Part shown: positions 39,315 to 49,624 of the stretch, piece after piece
How the letters are laid out: the number at the start of each line of letters is the position of its first letter
How positions within the stretch are numbered: the stretch's first letter is position 1
Source of the DNA: Halarcobacter sp.
GTDB taxonomy: Bacteria; Campylobacterota; Campylobacteria; Campylobacterales; Arcobacteraceae
Assembly: GCA_048571215.1 (NCBI GenBank)
Contig: CP182352.1
Coordinates: 992,001-1,056,000 of the forward strand
DNA length: 64,000 nt
Direction: 5' to 3'
Notes under the pieces: generated by a model
What the model was told of the DNA's origin: nothing
The model's input: only the letters and a program-made list of their open reading frames with translations
The model's database searches: none
Translations under genes and position numbers: made by a program

Positions 39315-40850
39315 TTATAAAAACTTTTTAACTAAATATGGGGTGAAAACATAAGCAATAATAAGTGAAACCACTAAAGCTATAGGAACAAATACAGGAA
39401 GAGGGTGCATAAATTGACCCATCATACCACCCACAAAAAACATTGGAATAAAGGTCATGATAATTGCAATCGTGGCAATATTTGTAGCATTTCCTATCTC
39501 ATTTGTAGCATTTATTGAGATGGTTTTTAAATCATTTTGGTCTTTATCCTCTTTTTTATGTCTTACAATATTTTCTATTACAATAATAGCAGCATCAACT
39601 AGCATACCTAAACTAACTATTAGTGCAAAAAGGGTGATTCTATTTATGGTTTCATCCATTATAAAGCCTATAAATAGAGTAAGGGATAAGATCATAGGAA
39701 CTAAAAGTGATACTATCATTGCTTCTTTAAAGCCTAATGAAAAAATCAATAAAATAGCAATAATCAAAATAGAGATAAGTAGGTTTTGAACTAAAGAGTT
39801 TACTGCATTGTTTGCTGTATATCCATCATCTCTTGTTATTACATATTTTATACCTTGTTTTGCTAAGTCATCTTTCATTGAATTTATATATTTAAAGATA
39901 TTTTCATTTATGGTTACAGAGTTTGCACCTTTAAGTTTTGATACACTTAAGGTTAATTGTTCTAAGCCTTCTTGATGCTCTTTAGTATAAAGGTAAGCAC
40001 TTTTTTTATTTTGTATATCATAACCTCTAGAGATCTCTGCAACATCTTTTAGATATATTGGAGTACCAAAATTATATGAAATAATAATATTTTCTAAATC
40101 CCTTTTAGACTCTATAGCATTTTTTATACCCAATATGGTTAGACTTGACTTTTTATTATCAGTTTTAATATTTGGCATAGTCAAAGATAAGGCTTTGATT
40201 TGTGAAGCTATTTGTCCTAAAGAGAGGTGATAAGCTGATAATCTATTTGGGTCAATTTGTACATTATATTGTACTTTTTTCTCACCTTTTAAATCGACCA
40301 ATGCCACTTGGTCTATTTTATTTACCTCATAGGCTATTTTACTTATCTTATTATATAGTTCAGTTTGAGAGATTTTATTTCCATCTGCATAAAAGGCTAT
40401 TGTAGCAATAGGAATATCTGTATCTATATCCATAGTTTTTATTATAGGTTGCATAGCACCTTTTGGAAGCATATCCATATTTCTCATAACTTGGTCATAA
40501 AGTTTTAGATTTGATTCCTCTTTATCTTCCCCTATAAAGTACTGAACCTGCACAATACCAACTGAATCTTTTGCAAAAGAGTAGATATGTTCCACCCCTT
40601 TAATCTCTCGTATTTTTTTCTCTAGTGGTTCAATTATTACTTTTTTTATTTGACTAGGTCTAGCACCAGGAAGTGCTACTATAACAGCACCACCACTAAC
40701 TTTTATTTGTGGGTTCTCTTCCCTTGGCATAAACTCCAAAGAGATAGCTCCTAAACAAAGAATAAAAATAGAAAGTATAAAAGTTAGAGGATGATTTATA
40801 AATGTTTTTGCAAGTTTTCCAGCAATATTTAAATCATTATTGTTGTACAT
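39315..40850 (-). CDS. RND efflux permease, N-terminal half
   Basis: PREENPQI, PLEKKI, GMLVDAAIIVIENI, GGMMGQFM. Confidence 0.88.
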   Translation of the reverse strand: MYNNNDLNIAGKLAKTFINHPLTFILSIFILCLGAISLEFMPREENPQIKVSGGAVIVALPGARPSQIKKVIIEPLEKKIREIKGVEHIYSFAKDSVGIVQVQYFIGEDKEESNLKLYDQVMRNMDMLPKGAMQPIIKTMDIDTDIPIATIAFYADGNKISQTELYNKISKIAYEVNKIDQVALVDLKGEKKVQYNVQIDPNRLSAYHLSLGQIASQIKALSLTMPNIKTDNKKSSLTILGIKNAIESKRDLENIIISYNFGTPIYLKDVAEISRGYDIQNKKSAYLYTKEHQEGLEQLTLSVSKLKGANSVTINENIFKYINSMKDDLAKQGIKYVITRDDGYTANNAVNSLVQNLLISILIIAILLIFSLGFKEAMIVSLLVPMILSLTLFIGFIMDETINRITLFALIVSLGMLVDAAIIVIENIVRHKKEDKDQNDLKTISINATNEIGNATNIATIAIIMTFIPMFFVGGMMGQFMHPLPVFVPIALVVSLIIAYVFTPYLVKKFL

Positions 40851-41613
40851 TATCTTGATCCACTTTCATAAAAATTTTACTATACATACCAGGATATATT
40901 CTTCTGTTTTTTGTATCAAAACCAATTTTTAAGATAAAGGTATGGGTCATATTTTGTGTATTTGGAAATATAGCTAAAATCTCCCCTTTTGTTTTAAAAT
41001 CAATTGATTCAATATATAAATCAACACTTTGACCTATTTTTATACTATTTAAGAAACTTTCTGCAATCTCTGCTTTTACCTTAAGACTGCTTAAATCAGA
41101 TAAAATCATAGCAGGACTTGAAGGCATTGCCATCTCTCCACTTTTAATACTTTTTTTAAGAATCAGTCCATTGTTTGGAGCTTTTATCTTTAGATATTGG
41201 TATTGTTGTTTTACTTCTTTGAGTTTTGCTTTTGCAATTTTAAGCATATTTTTTACATTTTCAAGTTTCAATTTCAATTGTTCCACATCATATTTTGGAA
41301 CTAAATCTTTTTTATAAAGTCTTTTATATCTATCATAATTTATTTGAAGATTATTTAGATTGTTTTCTAGTATTTGTATATTTAGTTGAGCCTCTTTTTT
41401 ATTGCTATCAATATTTGAAGAATCTATCTCATATAAAAGCTCTCCTTTATTTACAAAATCCCCTTCATTTACATAAACATTTTTTATAAATCCCATATAT
41501 CTACTTGTGATTATTTTCTCATTATCAGATATTATTGTACCGCTTATCTCAAGGGCATTTAAACTATTTGAAAATAGTATTACAAAAAATAGTGTTATTA
41601 TGTTTTTTTTCAT
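40837..41613 (-). CDS. RND periplasmic adaptor (membrane fusion protein)
   Basis: VNEGDFVNKGELL and IKAPNNG lipoyl halves, coiled hairpin, YPGMY. Confidence 0.9.
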   Translation of the reverse strand: MKKNIITLFFVILFSNSLNALEISGTIISDNEKIITSRYMGFIKNVYVNEGDFVNKGELLYEIDSSNIDSNKKEAQLNIQILENNLNNLQINYDRYKRLYKKDLVPKYDVEQLKLKLENVKNMLKIAKAKLKEVKQQYQYLKIKAPNNGLILKKSIKSGEMAMPSSPAMILSDLSSLKVKAEIAESFLNSIKIGQSVDLYIESIDFKTKGEILAIFPNTQNMTHTFILKIGFDTKNRRIYPGMYSKIFMKVDQDNVQQ

Positions 41614-42969
41614 TTATAAGTTTCCTTTTTCATTTAAACTTTTTCCAATTGCCAAATATAATTTCCCTAAGGCAATTGTTGTTTCATATTTTGCATTTAA
41701 CATAGAAGCTTCAGTTTGTCTATATAAAGTTTCTTGTTTAAGTAAATCTATCATCGATATAAGTCTATTTTTATACATCTGTTTTGATTGATCTAAAACC
41801 TCATTAGATAACTGTAAGGCCTCAATCTTTTCTTTATAGATTTTTTGTTTTGTTTGAAAATTTAGTATAGATTGTTGAAGTTGTAGTTTAATAGCATCTT
41901 CTAGTTGGTTTTGTTTTAAAACTGTTTTATTAAATTCAATTTTACTTTTTTGTACGTCATATTTTCTGCTAGCATCAAAAAGGGTGATTTTTACTCCAAG
42001 TAAAGCCATATAATAGTCTTTATCTTCATTAAAATCTACAACTCCATCATTTACCCCATATTCTAAGTGAGAATATACCTTAGGGTAGTATGATGATTTG
42101 TTTAAATCAATATTTTTTTTCATCCCTTTTTTATACTCTTCCACCATCTTTAAATCATCCCTAGTATTTAAAGCTTGCGTATATAGTTTTTTTAAATCTT
42201 TATCTTGAAACTTAACTATTTTTAAATCTTTTACATCATCGATATTATCATTAGAAGTTAAAAATTTTAGGTAAGCAAGGGCTAAACTAAATCTATTTTC
42301 AGCTTCAGTTAGTTTACTTTGAATATTAAGCTGATGAACTTTTGCTTGCTTTACATCTATTTTAGTTACATAACCCTCTTTATAAAACTCATCTGCTGAG
42401 ATTACAACTTGTTTTATGGTTTTTTTTGCTTTTTTAACAGCTTTAATAAACTCTTTTGCTACAATAGCTCCATTGTAAGCTTTTAAAACTTCAAACTCTA
42501 AAGATTTTTTATCTAAGTTTAGTTGAAAAAGTTCAGCCTTATGTTTAAGTTTTAATATCTCTTCTTGATTTGAGAGTTGAAAACCTGTAAATAAAGGTAT
42601 ATCATAGGTTATTTTAGAGTTGAAGTTGTTTCTATCTTTGGGATAGTTTAAATCACTTGGTTGAGTATTTATTGGTTGACCAAACTGTGAAAATCCAAAG
42701 TCTTTAAATGAAGCTTCCCTTGATGATAACTTTGAATTAAAAACATAACCAGCATGATTTGTTCTACTTAGTTCATTTACGAAGTTAAGTTCTCCATATG
42801 AAAAAGACTTTACTTTTTCTATGTCACTATTTACTGATTTTAAATTTAATTTTTGAAGTTTTATTTTTTTATTATTTTTTAATGTTTCTTCTAAAACTTC
42901 ATCAAAATTAAATGTTTTAGAATATAAGTTAATAAATATTAATAATACTAATAATAAAATCTTATGCAT
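41614..42969 (-). CDS. TolC-family outer membrane efflux protein
   Basis: Signal peptide, two OEP repeats (PLFTGF, YYPKV), first gene of the MFP/RND operon. Confidence 0.88.
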   Translation of the reverse strand: MHKILLLVLLIFINLYSKTFNFDEVLEETLKNNKKIKLQKLNLKSVNSDIEKVKSFSYGELNFVNELSRTNHAGYVFNSKLSSREASFKDFGFSQFGQPINTQPSDLNYPKDRNNFNSKITYDIPLFTGFQLSNQEEILKLKHKAELFQLNLDKKSLEFEVLKAYNGAIVAKEFIKAVKKAKKTIKQVVISADEFYKEGYVTKIDVKQAKVHQLNIQSKLTEAENRFSLALAYLKFLTSNDNIDDVKDLKIVKFQDKDLKKLYTQALNTRDDLKMVEEYKKGMKKNIDLNKSSYYPKVYSHLEYGVNDGVVDFNEDKDYYMALLGVKITLFDASRKYDVQKSKIEFNKTVLKQNQLEDAIKLQLQQSILNFQTKQKIYKEKIEALQLSNEVLDQSKQMYKNRLISMIDLLKQETLYRQTEASMLNAKYETTIALGKLYLAIGKSLNEKGNL

Positions 42970-43160
42970 TACCTATCCTATAGCTTTTTTAGTCTGATAT
43001 TATACATAAATTATTATAAATAAAACTTATTTAGTAGTATTAGATTTATTTATTTTAAATTATATTATTCTATTATAGATATCTTATATTAGATTATTAT
43101 TTAACACTCAATATATTAGTTTCCATTAAATATTGATATAATTAGCAAAAAAGGATAAGA

Positions 43161-43508
43161 ATGTATTGTAAAGATTCAAATAGTTTTGAGAAAAATAATA
43201 TACCAAAAACTGTTAATGCCGAGATTTCAGTTTTAACTCCAAAAGAGGATAAAGATTTTATTGTAAGAAAAATAGTATTAAAAAATGGTGGTTCTATGCC
43301 AAACCATACAAATATGATTCAACATCAACAATATGTTTTAAGTGGTAGTGCAAAGGTTGTAGTAGGAAATGAAACCTATAAAGCAAAACAAGGGGATTTT
43401 ATATATATTCCAGCAGGAGTTAGTCATTATTATGAAGCATGTTACGATAGTGACTATGAGTTTTTATGTATGATTACTACAAAAGAGGATGAAATAGCAT
43501 TTATTTAA
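43161..43508 (+). CDS. Cupin-domain protein
   Basis: PNHTN..QHQQYVLSG...GDFIYIPAGVSH; AAGGA RBS; TGnTATAAT upstream. Confidence 0.88.
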   Translation: MYCKDSNSFEKNNIPKTVNAEISVLTPKEDKDFIVRKIVLKNGGSMPNHTNMIQHQQYVLSGSAKVVVGNETYKAKQGDFIYIPAGVSHYYEACYDSDYEFLCMITTKEDEIAFI

Positions 43509-43568
43509 GATATTAAATTATTAGTTAATTAAATACTTTTATTATAGATTAAGGCTTCTTATTATATA

Positions 43569-43593
43569 TTTTAGTAATAAAATATTACTAAAA
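43569..43593. promoter_or_regulatory. Perfect 11-bp inverted repeat (candidate operator)
   Basis: TTTTAGTAATA-AAA-TATTACTAAAA, abutting the RBS of the small ORF at 43603. Confidence 0.5.
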
Positions 43594-43602
43594 GGAATAA
43601 AA

Positions 43603-43722
43603 ATGAGAAATTTACAATATTATGACTCATCATTTAACTCAAAATTTTCATCAAAAGATATCTTTAGATTTTGTGAAATTGAGTTAGGTATTATAGTTTT
43701 ACTTATGATTGTTTTTTTATAG
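43603..43722 (+). CDS. Putative 39-aa small protein with hydrophobic C-terminus
   Basis: AAAGGA RBS then ATG; MRNLQYYDSSFNSKFSSKDIFRFCEIELGIIVLLMIVFL; below the ORF-track size cutoff. Confidence 0.5.
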   Translation: MRNLQYYDSSFNSKFSSKDIFRFCEIELGIIVLLMIVFL

Positions 43723-43746
43723 AGTTGGAAGGTATTTATAGTGATG

Positions 43747-44481
43747 TCACTTAAAGGACTGGGCTAAGTTTCCAATAATCAATGCCCAACCATCAATCAC
43801 AATAAAAAAGATGATTTTTATGGGTAGGGATATCATTACAGGCGGTAACATCATCATACCCAAAGACATAAGTATGGAAGCCACAATAATATCTATTACA
43901 AGAAAGGGTAGGAAGATTAAAAATCCTATCTCAAATGCTGTTTTAAGCTCACTTACTATAAATGCTGGCATTAGAAGTGTAGTAGGTACATCATCAATAT
44001 TTTTTGGATTTTCCTCTTTTTTTATTCTATAAAATAAAGCTAAATCAGCTTCTCTTGTATTTTTTATCATAAAATCTTTGAAAGGTTTTATCCCTTTTTC
44101 TAAGGCAACTTCATAGTTTATTTGTTCATCCATATAGGGTTTTATTGCATCATTCCAAGATTTTTTAGCATAGGGTTCCATAATAAAGATTGTTAAAACA
44201 AGTGAAATAGATATTATAATTTGATTTGGAGGGGTTTGTTGAAGTCCCATTGCTTGTCTTAATAATGAAAACACAATCATAAGTCTTGTAAAACTTGTAA
44301 CCATCAAAAGTAGGGTAGGTGCAAGGGCAAGAAGTGCTAGAAGGATTGCTATATTTATTGTTTTTACAAATTGTGCAGGTTCATCAAGAGCTGATACTGA
44401 AAGATTTATAATTGGCGGTCCATCTTGTTGTTGAGCAAATAACGAAGTAGCAAAAATTAATAAAACTATAATATATTTCAA
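43747..44481 (-). CDS. fliP: Flagellar export protein FliP
   Basis: TSFTR..IVFSLLRQAMGLQQTPPNQ, SELKTAF, LGMMMLPP. Confidence 0.97.
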   Translation of the reverse strand: MKYIIVLLIFATSLFAQQQDGPPIINLSVSALDEPAQFVKTINIAILLALLALAPTLLLMVTSFTRLMIVFSLLRQAMGLQQTPPNQIIISISLVLTIFIMEPYAKKSWNDAIKPYMDEQINYEVALEKGIKPFKDFMIKNTREADLALFYRIKKEENPKNIDDVPTTLLMPAFIVSELKTAFEIGFLIFLPFLVIDIIVASILMSLGMMMLPPVMISLPIKIIFFIVIDGWALIIGNLAQSFK

Positions 44482-44542
44482 AAAGTATCCTCAGACAAAA
44501 TAAAAGTTGATAATATCTAAACTATCATTAAATATAAAGAAA

Positions 44543-46318
44543 TCAGTTTTTCTTTATATATCCCAAATCTAAAAGTTTATTATAGATTTTTGTAACAATT
44601 TCACCTGCAGCACTACCACCATGTCCCCCATGTTCAACTAAAACTGTAACTACATATTGAGGGTTTTTATATGGTCCATAGGTTGTTAGCCAAGCGTGAG
44701 ATCTATGGTAATATTCCAATTCACTCTCTTTCATTCTTTTCTTTTCAGATTGTGGTATAGAGATAACTTGTGCTGTACCTGTTTTCCCTGCTATTTTGAT
44801 CTTTAGATTTTTTGTATAGTGACTTCCTGTACCTTTTTCATGATTCATAACATCATACATACCTTGTCTAACTATATTCATATCTTTTTGATTAAAATCA
44901 ACATCTAAAGGCTCTTCGTAATTTAAATCTGAAAAGTGGGGTTTTGGAAGTTTTCCTGTAGCTAAAAATGCTGTATATCTAGCAATTTGCATAGGAGTTA
45001 CCAACATCTGTCCTTGTCCTATAGAGGTGATTACAGTTTCCCCAATATACCAAGGCTCATGATATTTATTCTCTTTCCAAGTTTTATTTGGGTTTGTACC
45101 ATAATGCTCATTATTTAAATCTATCCCTGTTTTTTCTCCAATTCCAAATTTACGTAGTGTTTTTGAGATTTTATTTATACCAACAACTAAACTACCTTTA
45201 TAAAAGAAGTCATCACAACTCTCTCTAATAGCTTTTCTAAAACCAACTATTCCATGTCCTTCATGTTTCCAACATCTAAATTTTCTTTTTCCTAAAGTTA
45301 ATGAACCACTATCATAAACTGTATAATTTGGTTTAATTCCATTTTCTAAAAATGATAGGGCAACACCCATTTTTATAATAGAACCAGGTGGATACATACC
45401 GTTAATTAATTTATTTGTAAAGGGATGATTAAAATCGTTAATCATCTTATTCCAATCAGTAACAGAGATACCATCAACAAAAATATTTGCATCAAATTCT
45501 GGGTATGATGCGGCAACAAGAATTTCGCCTGTTTTTGTATCCATTACAATTACTGAACCACTTTTATGATGAAAAATATCTTTTACATATTTTTGTAATT
45601 CTATATCTAAACTTATTCTTAAATCGTTATTTGAAGAGACCTCTTTTTCATCTAATACCTCTAACTCTTTATTTAAAGCATTTACTTTTATATCTTTATA
45701 ACCTAACTCTCCTTGAAGATGGTTATTGTAATATTTTTCTAATCCCATTTTTCCAATAATATCACTATGTTTTGAAAAGGGGTTATTATTTATATCTAAT
45801 CTTGTAGCCTTACCAACATAACCAATTATATGCACAGCATTCTCTTTATATGGATAGATTCTTTTTACTTCTGATTCTATTTTTATAGTATCCAAAGAGT
45901 TAAATAGGGTATATTTTTCAAAGAATACTTCATAAGGAATATAATCAACAATCTTAACAAAATCGTGTTTATAAGGGGAATCAAGCTTTTTATATTTTTT
46001 TAGTAATTCCTCTTTTGTATATTCAGGAAAATGTTTATTTATCAAAGATATAAGGCTTTCTAAAAGGGCTCTTTTTCTAACTGATTGCAAATGGGGTTTT
46101 ATATTAATTGAAAAACCTAATTTATTCATAGCAAGTGGTTTTCCATTTCTATCACTAATTATACCCCTATTTGGTATAGTATAAACTCTTTTTATATAGT
46201 TGTTCTTTGATAACTCTTCATAATAGGTATTTGATTTGATACTTAAAAAATATACCCTTAATAAAAGTGTTAAAAGTATTAAAGATATGATAATAAATAG
46301 GAAGTTTAATCTTTTCAT
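44543..46318 (-). CDS. mrdA: Penicillin-binding protein 2
   Basis: RGIISDRNG, SxxK (PGSIIK), ESCDDFFY, KTGTAQ. Confidence 0.93.
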   Translation of the reverse strand: MKRLNFLFIIISLILLTLLLRVYFLSIKSNTYYEELSKNNYIKRVYTIPNRGIISDRNGKPLAMNKLGFSINIKPHLQSVRKRALLESLISLINKHFPEYTKEELLKKYKKLDSPYKHDFVKIVDYIPYEVFFEKYTLFNSLDTIKIESEVKRIYPYKENAVHIIGYVGKATRLDINNNPFSKHSDIIGKMGLEKYYNNHLQGELGYKDIKVNALNKELEVLDEKEVSSNNDLRISLDIELQKYVKDIFHHKSGSVIVMDTKTGEILVAASYPEFDANIFVDGISVTDWNKMINDFNHPFTNKLINGMYPPGSIIKMGVALSFLENGIKPNYTVYDSGSLTLGKRKFRCWKHEGHGIVGFRKAIRESCDDFFYKGSLVVGINKISKTLRKFGIGEKTGIDLNNEHYGTNPNKTWKENKYHEPWYIGETVITSIGQGQMLVTPMQIARYTAFLATGKLPKPHFSDLNYEEPLDVDFNQKDMNIVRQGMYDVMNHEKGTGSHYTKNLKIKIAGKTGTAQVISIPQSEKKRMKESELEYYHRSHAWLTTYGPYKNPQYVVTVLVEHGGHGGSAAGEIVTKIYNKLLDLGYIKKN

Positions 46319-46755
46319 ATAAATATCCCAAACACAATAAAATCTATTATTAAATTTATAAATAATATATAATTTAATTGGGAAGTGATTTCATTGTTAA
46401 AAGACCATAAAATAAATATTGCTAGATAAAAAACTGACATATAGATATATGGGGTTGCACTTTCAAAAGATAGAACTCTTTTAATGTACGGTTTTACAAA
46501 AAAGTAGAGAAAACCTGCCAATAAAGATAAAGATAAGGGTTTAAAGCCATTATTTAACTCTATAAACAAAAAAGTTAAAATTACAAAAAACAAAGAGTAA
46601 TAATATTTTTGTTTTATACATAAAAAAAACAGTAAAACTAAGATACCCAAAAACATAATTGGAAAAAAATAAATAGATGAAAGTATATTGATTATTATTA
46701 TATAAAGGCAAAGTATAATTACAAAAATTGGACTATCGTGGTTTGTGACTTTCAT
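46315..46755 (-). CDS. MreD-like membrane protein
   Basis: About 5 hydrophobic segments, coupled to mrdA by an ATGA overlap. Confidence 0.55.
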   Translation of the reverse strand: MKVTNHDSPIFVIILCLYIIIINILSSIYFFPIMFLGILVLLFFLCIKQKYYYSLFFVILTFLFIELNNGFKPLSLSLLAGFLYFFVKPYIKRVLSFESATPYIYMSVFYLAIFILWSFNNEITSQLNYILFINLIIDFIVFGIFI

Positions 46756-46820
46756 TATTAATAGGTACTTTAAGTTTTTTATGGATTATATTGAAAAACG
46801 ACTTATATAATAATTGTTTC

Positions 46821-47114
46821 TCATTTAATATTGGATTCTTTTCTTTTTCTTTCTAGGGTTGTCAAATCATAAATATATGAGAAGATTTCTGAAACAGCTT
46901 TATACATCCCTGGAGGAATCTCTTTATCTATATCAATTGCACTAAGAAGTTCTATTAAATCCTCATCTTTTTTTATAGGAATATTATTGTCTTGGGCAAT
47001 TTTTATGATATTTCCTGCAATTTCTCCCTTTCCTTTTGCAACAACTTTTGGTGCATTATCTACCTCTAAGTCGTATTTTAAGGCTGCAGCTTTTTTTATT
47101 TGATTTTCTTCCAT
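46821..47114 (-). CDS. FlhB C-terminal-like protein (FlhB2/FlhX, HP1575 type)
   Basis: AAALKYD..APKVVAKGKG..A..I...A...IPI, EIPP.MYKAV.EI. Confidence 0.9.
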   Translation of the reverse strand: MEENQIKKAAALKYDLEVDNAPKVVAKGKGEIAGNIIKIAQDNNIPIKKDEDLIELLSAIDIDKEIPPGMYKAVSEIFSYIYDLTTLERKRKESNIK

Positions 47115-47115
47115 T

Positions 47116-49152
47116 TTAAGCCTTTATATTAACCCCAAAACCTAGATCTAAATCATCTTGGTTAAAAACTGCTTGTTGTTTCTCTTGTACACTTATCTCT
47201 TTGTCTTTTTTTAAATCTACTATTTTTATATTTACAGGGATTAAATCTGCATTATTTAATGCAACTCTTAGTTTTGAAAAGTTTTCTCTGATTGCTTGTT
47301 TAAAACTCTCTTTTGATGCATGGATAGTTAAATCTATTTTATTTTTATCATATATAGATAATAAAAGTTGTGTTTGACCAAACTCTTTTAGATTTAGATT
47401 AATTTCACAATAAAACCTATCTTCACTAAGTTTTTTCATTGAGATATCACCTTCTTCTAACATATCCCAAAAAAATGGAATATATACAGAGTTACTATTT
47501 GTACTTAAGCCTAAAAGTTGATAATATTCTAAATGGGTCACCATTTTATCTACATGTTTTAAAAGTTCAGTAGATTTTGGGTCTGCTTTTGAAGATAACT
47601 CCTCTTGCATTTGCAATAAAAGTGTTTTCATATCATTTTGTACATTATTTTGGGCAGTTTGTTTTGCATCAAGCTTATTATTTATATCTAAGGGGAGATT
47701 ATTTAGTATATTTTCAAGTTTTTCTATAGTTTTTACGATATTTTGTTGCAGATTTAGAGTGTTTGGATTGTTTGCTGAGTTTATTATTGATTCTTTTAGA
47801 TTTAAAATCAAGTTATCAATGTTTGAGCTAAAAAGATTTTGAAAATTGTTTAGGTTTGTACCTTGGTTTTGTATTGCTTGTTGTAGATTTTTTAAATCCA
47901 TTGGTAGTTCTATTTTTGAAAATAGATTTTGAATGTTTAAAAGTTTATCTATGATTTGATTAGCAATTTTTGAATCTATATTTTTCATAGTTGCTAATTC
48001 ATTTTTTAGATTTGTTAAACTCTCTTTTAAGTTTTGTGTTAGTTCAAGCTTTTCATTTACCACAGGCTTATTAGATAGGGTTTTAGCCTCTAAATTTGCA
48101 ATATCTTCACTTAGATTTTTTAGATTATTAACAATATTAGAAAGATTGCTATTTCCATTTTCTGCTGTTTTTATCTCACTTAAATTAACAAGTTGATTTA
48201 GTAAAGCTTTGGGCTCAACTTGGTCTGTATTTTTGGAAAATAGATTATTGTTTATAAGTAGATTATCTATTTGTTTTATAAGTGTTTGTGAGTTTTTTAT
48301 ATTTGGATTGTTTAATAACTCATTTTTTAATTGAGTTAAGGTTTCTCTTGTTTGTGTTACAACTTCATTTTTGATATTGCTTAATTTAGCATTTTCATTA
48401 GTTTTTTGTATATTTTGTGTTTGATTGTTAGTATTTTCAAGTTTTGATTCAACTAATTGGGCATCTAAGGTTATAGATTTTAGTTGGTTTGTTAAGTTTG
48501 TTAGATTTGCCACTTGTTTATCTGGTATATTTTTTGATAAATCTTGAAGTAGTTTTACTAAAAATTTCAAATCAGAACTATTTTGTAAATTAGATGTTTG
48601 ATTTGGGTTCTTATTATTTTGAATTATTTTATCAATTAGGGTTTCTATATTTTTTGCTTCAATACTTGGCATATCTTTTATAATAGTTTTTATTTGATTT
48701 AGAACTTGTTCTAAGTTTTTAGGTAATGCACCTTTTGTTTCTAAACTATTTAATACCTTTGCTTCTTGGAACACTCCAGATTTTGTAATCATCTCCTTTA
48801 AGGATTTTTCATCTAGTGTAGAGATATCTTTAAGTAGATTTTCTAAAGCTGGTTTGAATTTTGCTAAGGAAGGGTCATTTTTCACATTATCTAAAAGTGT
48901 TTTTAGGGAGTTTGTAAAATTACCTAAGTCTTTAAATAGATTTGAGTTTTTTAAGATATTTTCAATAGATGCATTACTTTTGTTTCCAGTTTTTAAATCA
49001 CTAAATAGATTTTTTAAAATATCACTAACATTTTTACTACTATTTTTCAGATTATCTAAGGTTTTTGAGTCAGCCTCTTTCAAAACTTCTTTTAAAACCT
49101 TGTTATCATTGGGAAGTAAAATATTTAATATGCTATTATTAGAAACTATCAT
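47116..49152 (-). CDS. Long N/Q-rich FliK-like protein
   Basis: Low-complexity helical body, C-terminal FYCEINLNLKEFG...IDLTI T3S4-like domain; directly upstream of the FlhB-C gene; start uncertain (ATG 49152 preferred). Confidence 0.6.
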   Translation of the reverse strand: MIVSNNSILNILLPNDNKVLKEVLKEADSKTLDNLKNSSKNVSDILKNLFSDLKTGNKSNASIENILKNSNLFKDLGNFTNSLKTLLDNVKNDPSLAKFKPALENLLKDISTLDEKSLKEMITKSGVFQEAKVLNSLETKGALPKNLEQVLNQIKTIIKDMPSIEAKNIETLIDKIIQNNKNPNQTSNLQNSSDLKFLVKLLQDLSKNIPDKQVANLTNLTNQLKSITLDAQLVESKLENTNNQTQNIQKTNENAKLSNIKNEVVTQTRETLTQLKNELLNNPNIKNSQTLIKQIDNLLINNNLFSKNTDQVEPKALLNQLVNLSEIKTAENGNSNLSNIVNNLKNLSEDIANLEAKTLSNKPVVNEKLELTQNLKESLTNLKNELATMKNIDSKIANQIIDKLLNIQNLFSKIELPMDLKNLQQAIQNQGTNLNNFQNLFSSNIDNLILNLKESIINSANNPNTLNLQQNIVKTIEKLENILNNLPLDINNKLDAKQTAQNNVQNDMKTLLLQMQEELSSKADPKSTELLKHVDKMVTHLEYYQLLGLSTNSNSVYIPFFWDMLEEGDISMKKLSEDRFYCEINLNLKEFGQTQLLLSIYDKNKIDLTIHASKESFKQAIRENFSKLRVALNNADLIPVNIKIVDLKKDKEISVQEKQQAVFNQDDLDLGFGVNIKA

Positions 49153-49239
49153 AAGTTTAAGTATATCATAAAATATACTCAATCTAATTGACATGAAAAG
49201 TAATTTTTTGTACAATTTTGTCTTTAAATAAGGTTTTAA

Positions 49240-49614
49240 ATGAGTTATAAAGTAGTAGTACCTATCGATGGATGTGAAGAGGAAACAGAGTTTACCTTTA
49301 CAAAATTAGATGATTTTTTTTCTTTAATACAAGGAATTGATACTGGTGTAAAGTTAAGATTGATGAGCTTTGGGGCTTTAAAATCACTTGCATATGAGTT
49401 TCCAGATGATTTTAAAGAGAAACTAGAAATTGAATCTTTAGATGATATCTCCATGTACTATATTTTTGTTTTACAATCGCATGTTTCAGACTCATCTTTA
49501 GATGTCTCATCTCCAATAATCATAAATAATAAGTCAAAGAAAATGGGTCAAATCCACGTAAATCTTTCAGAATTAGGCATAGATATACTAAACGACAAAC
49601 TACCAAAAAATTAA
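49240..49614 (+). CDS. FliW-like flagellar assembly factor (divergent)
   Basis: YKVVVPIDG.E...FTKLDDFF, YEF, PIIINNKSKKMGQ. Confidence 0.7.
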   Translation: MSYKVVVPIDGCEEETEFTFTKLDDFFSLIQGIDTGVKLRLMSFGALKSLAYEFPDDFKEKLEIESLDDISMYYIFVLQSHVSDSSLDVSSPIIINNKSKKMGQIHVNLSELGIDILNDKLPKN

Positions 49615-49624
49615 GGAAGTAAAA

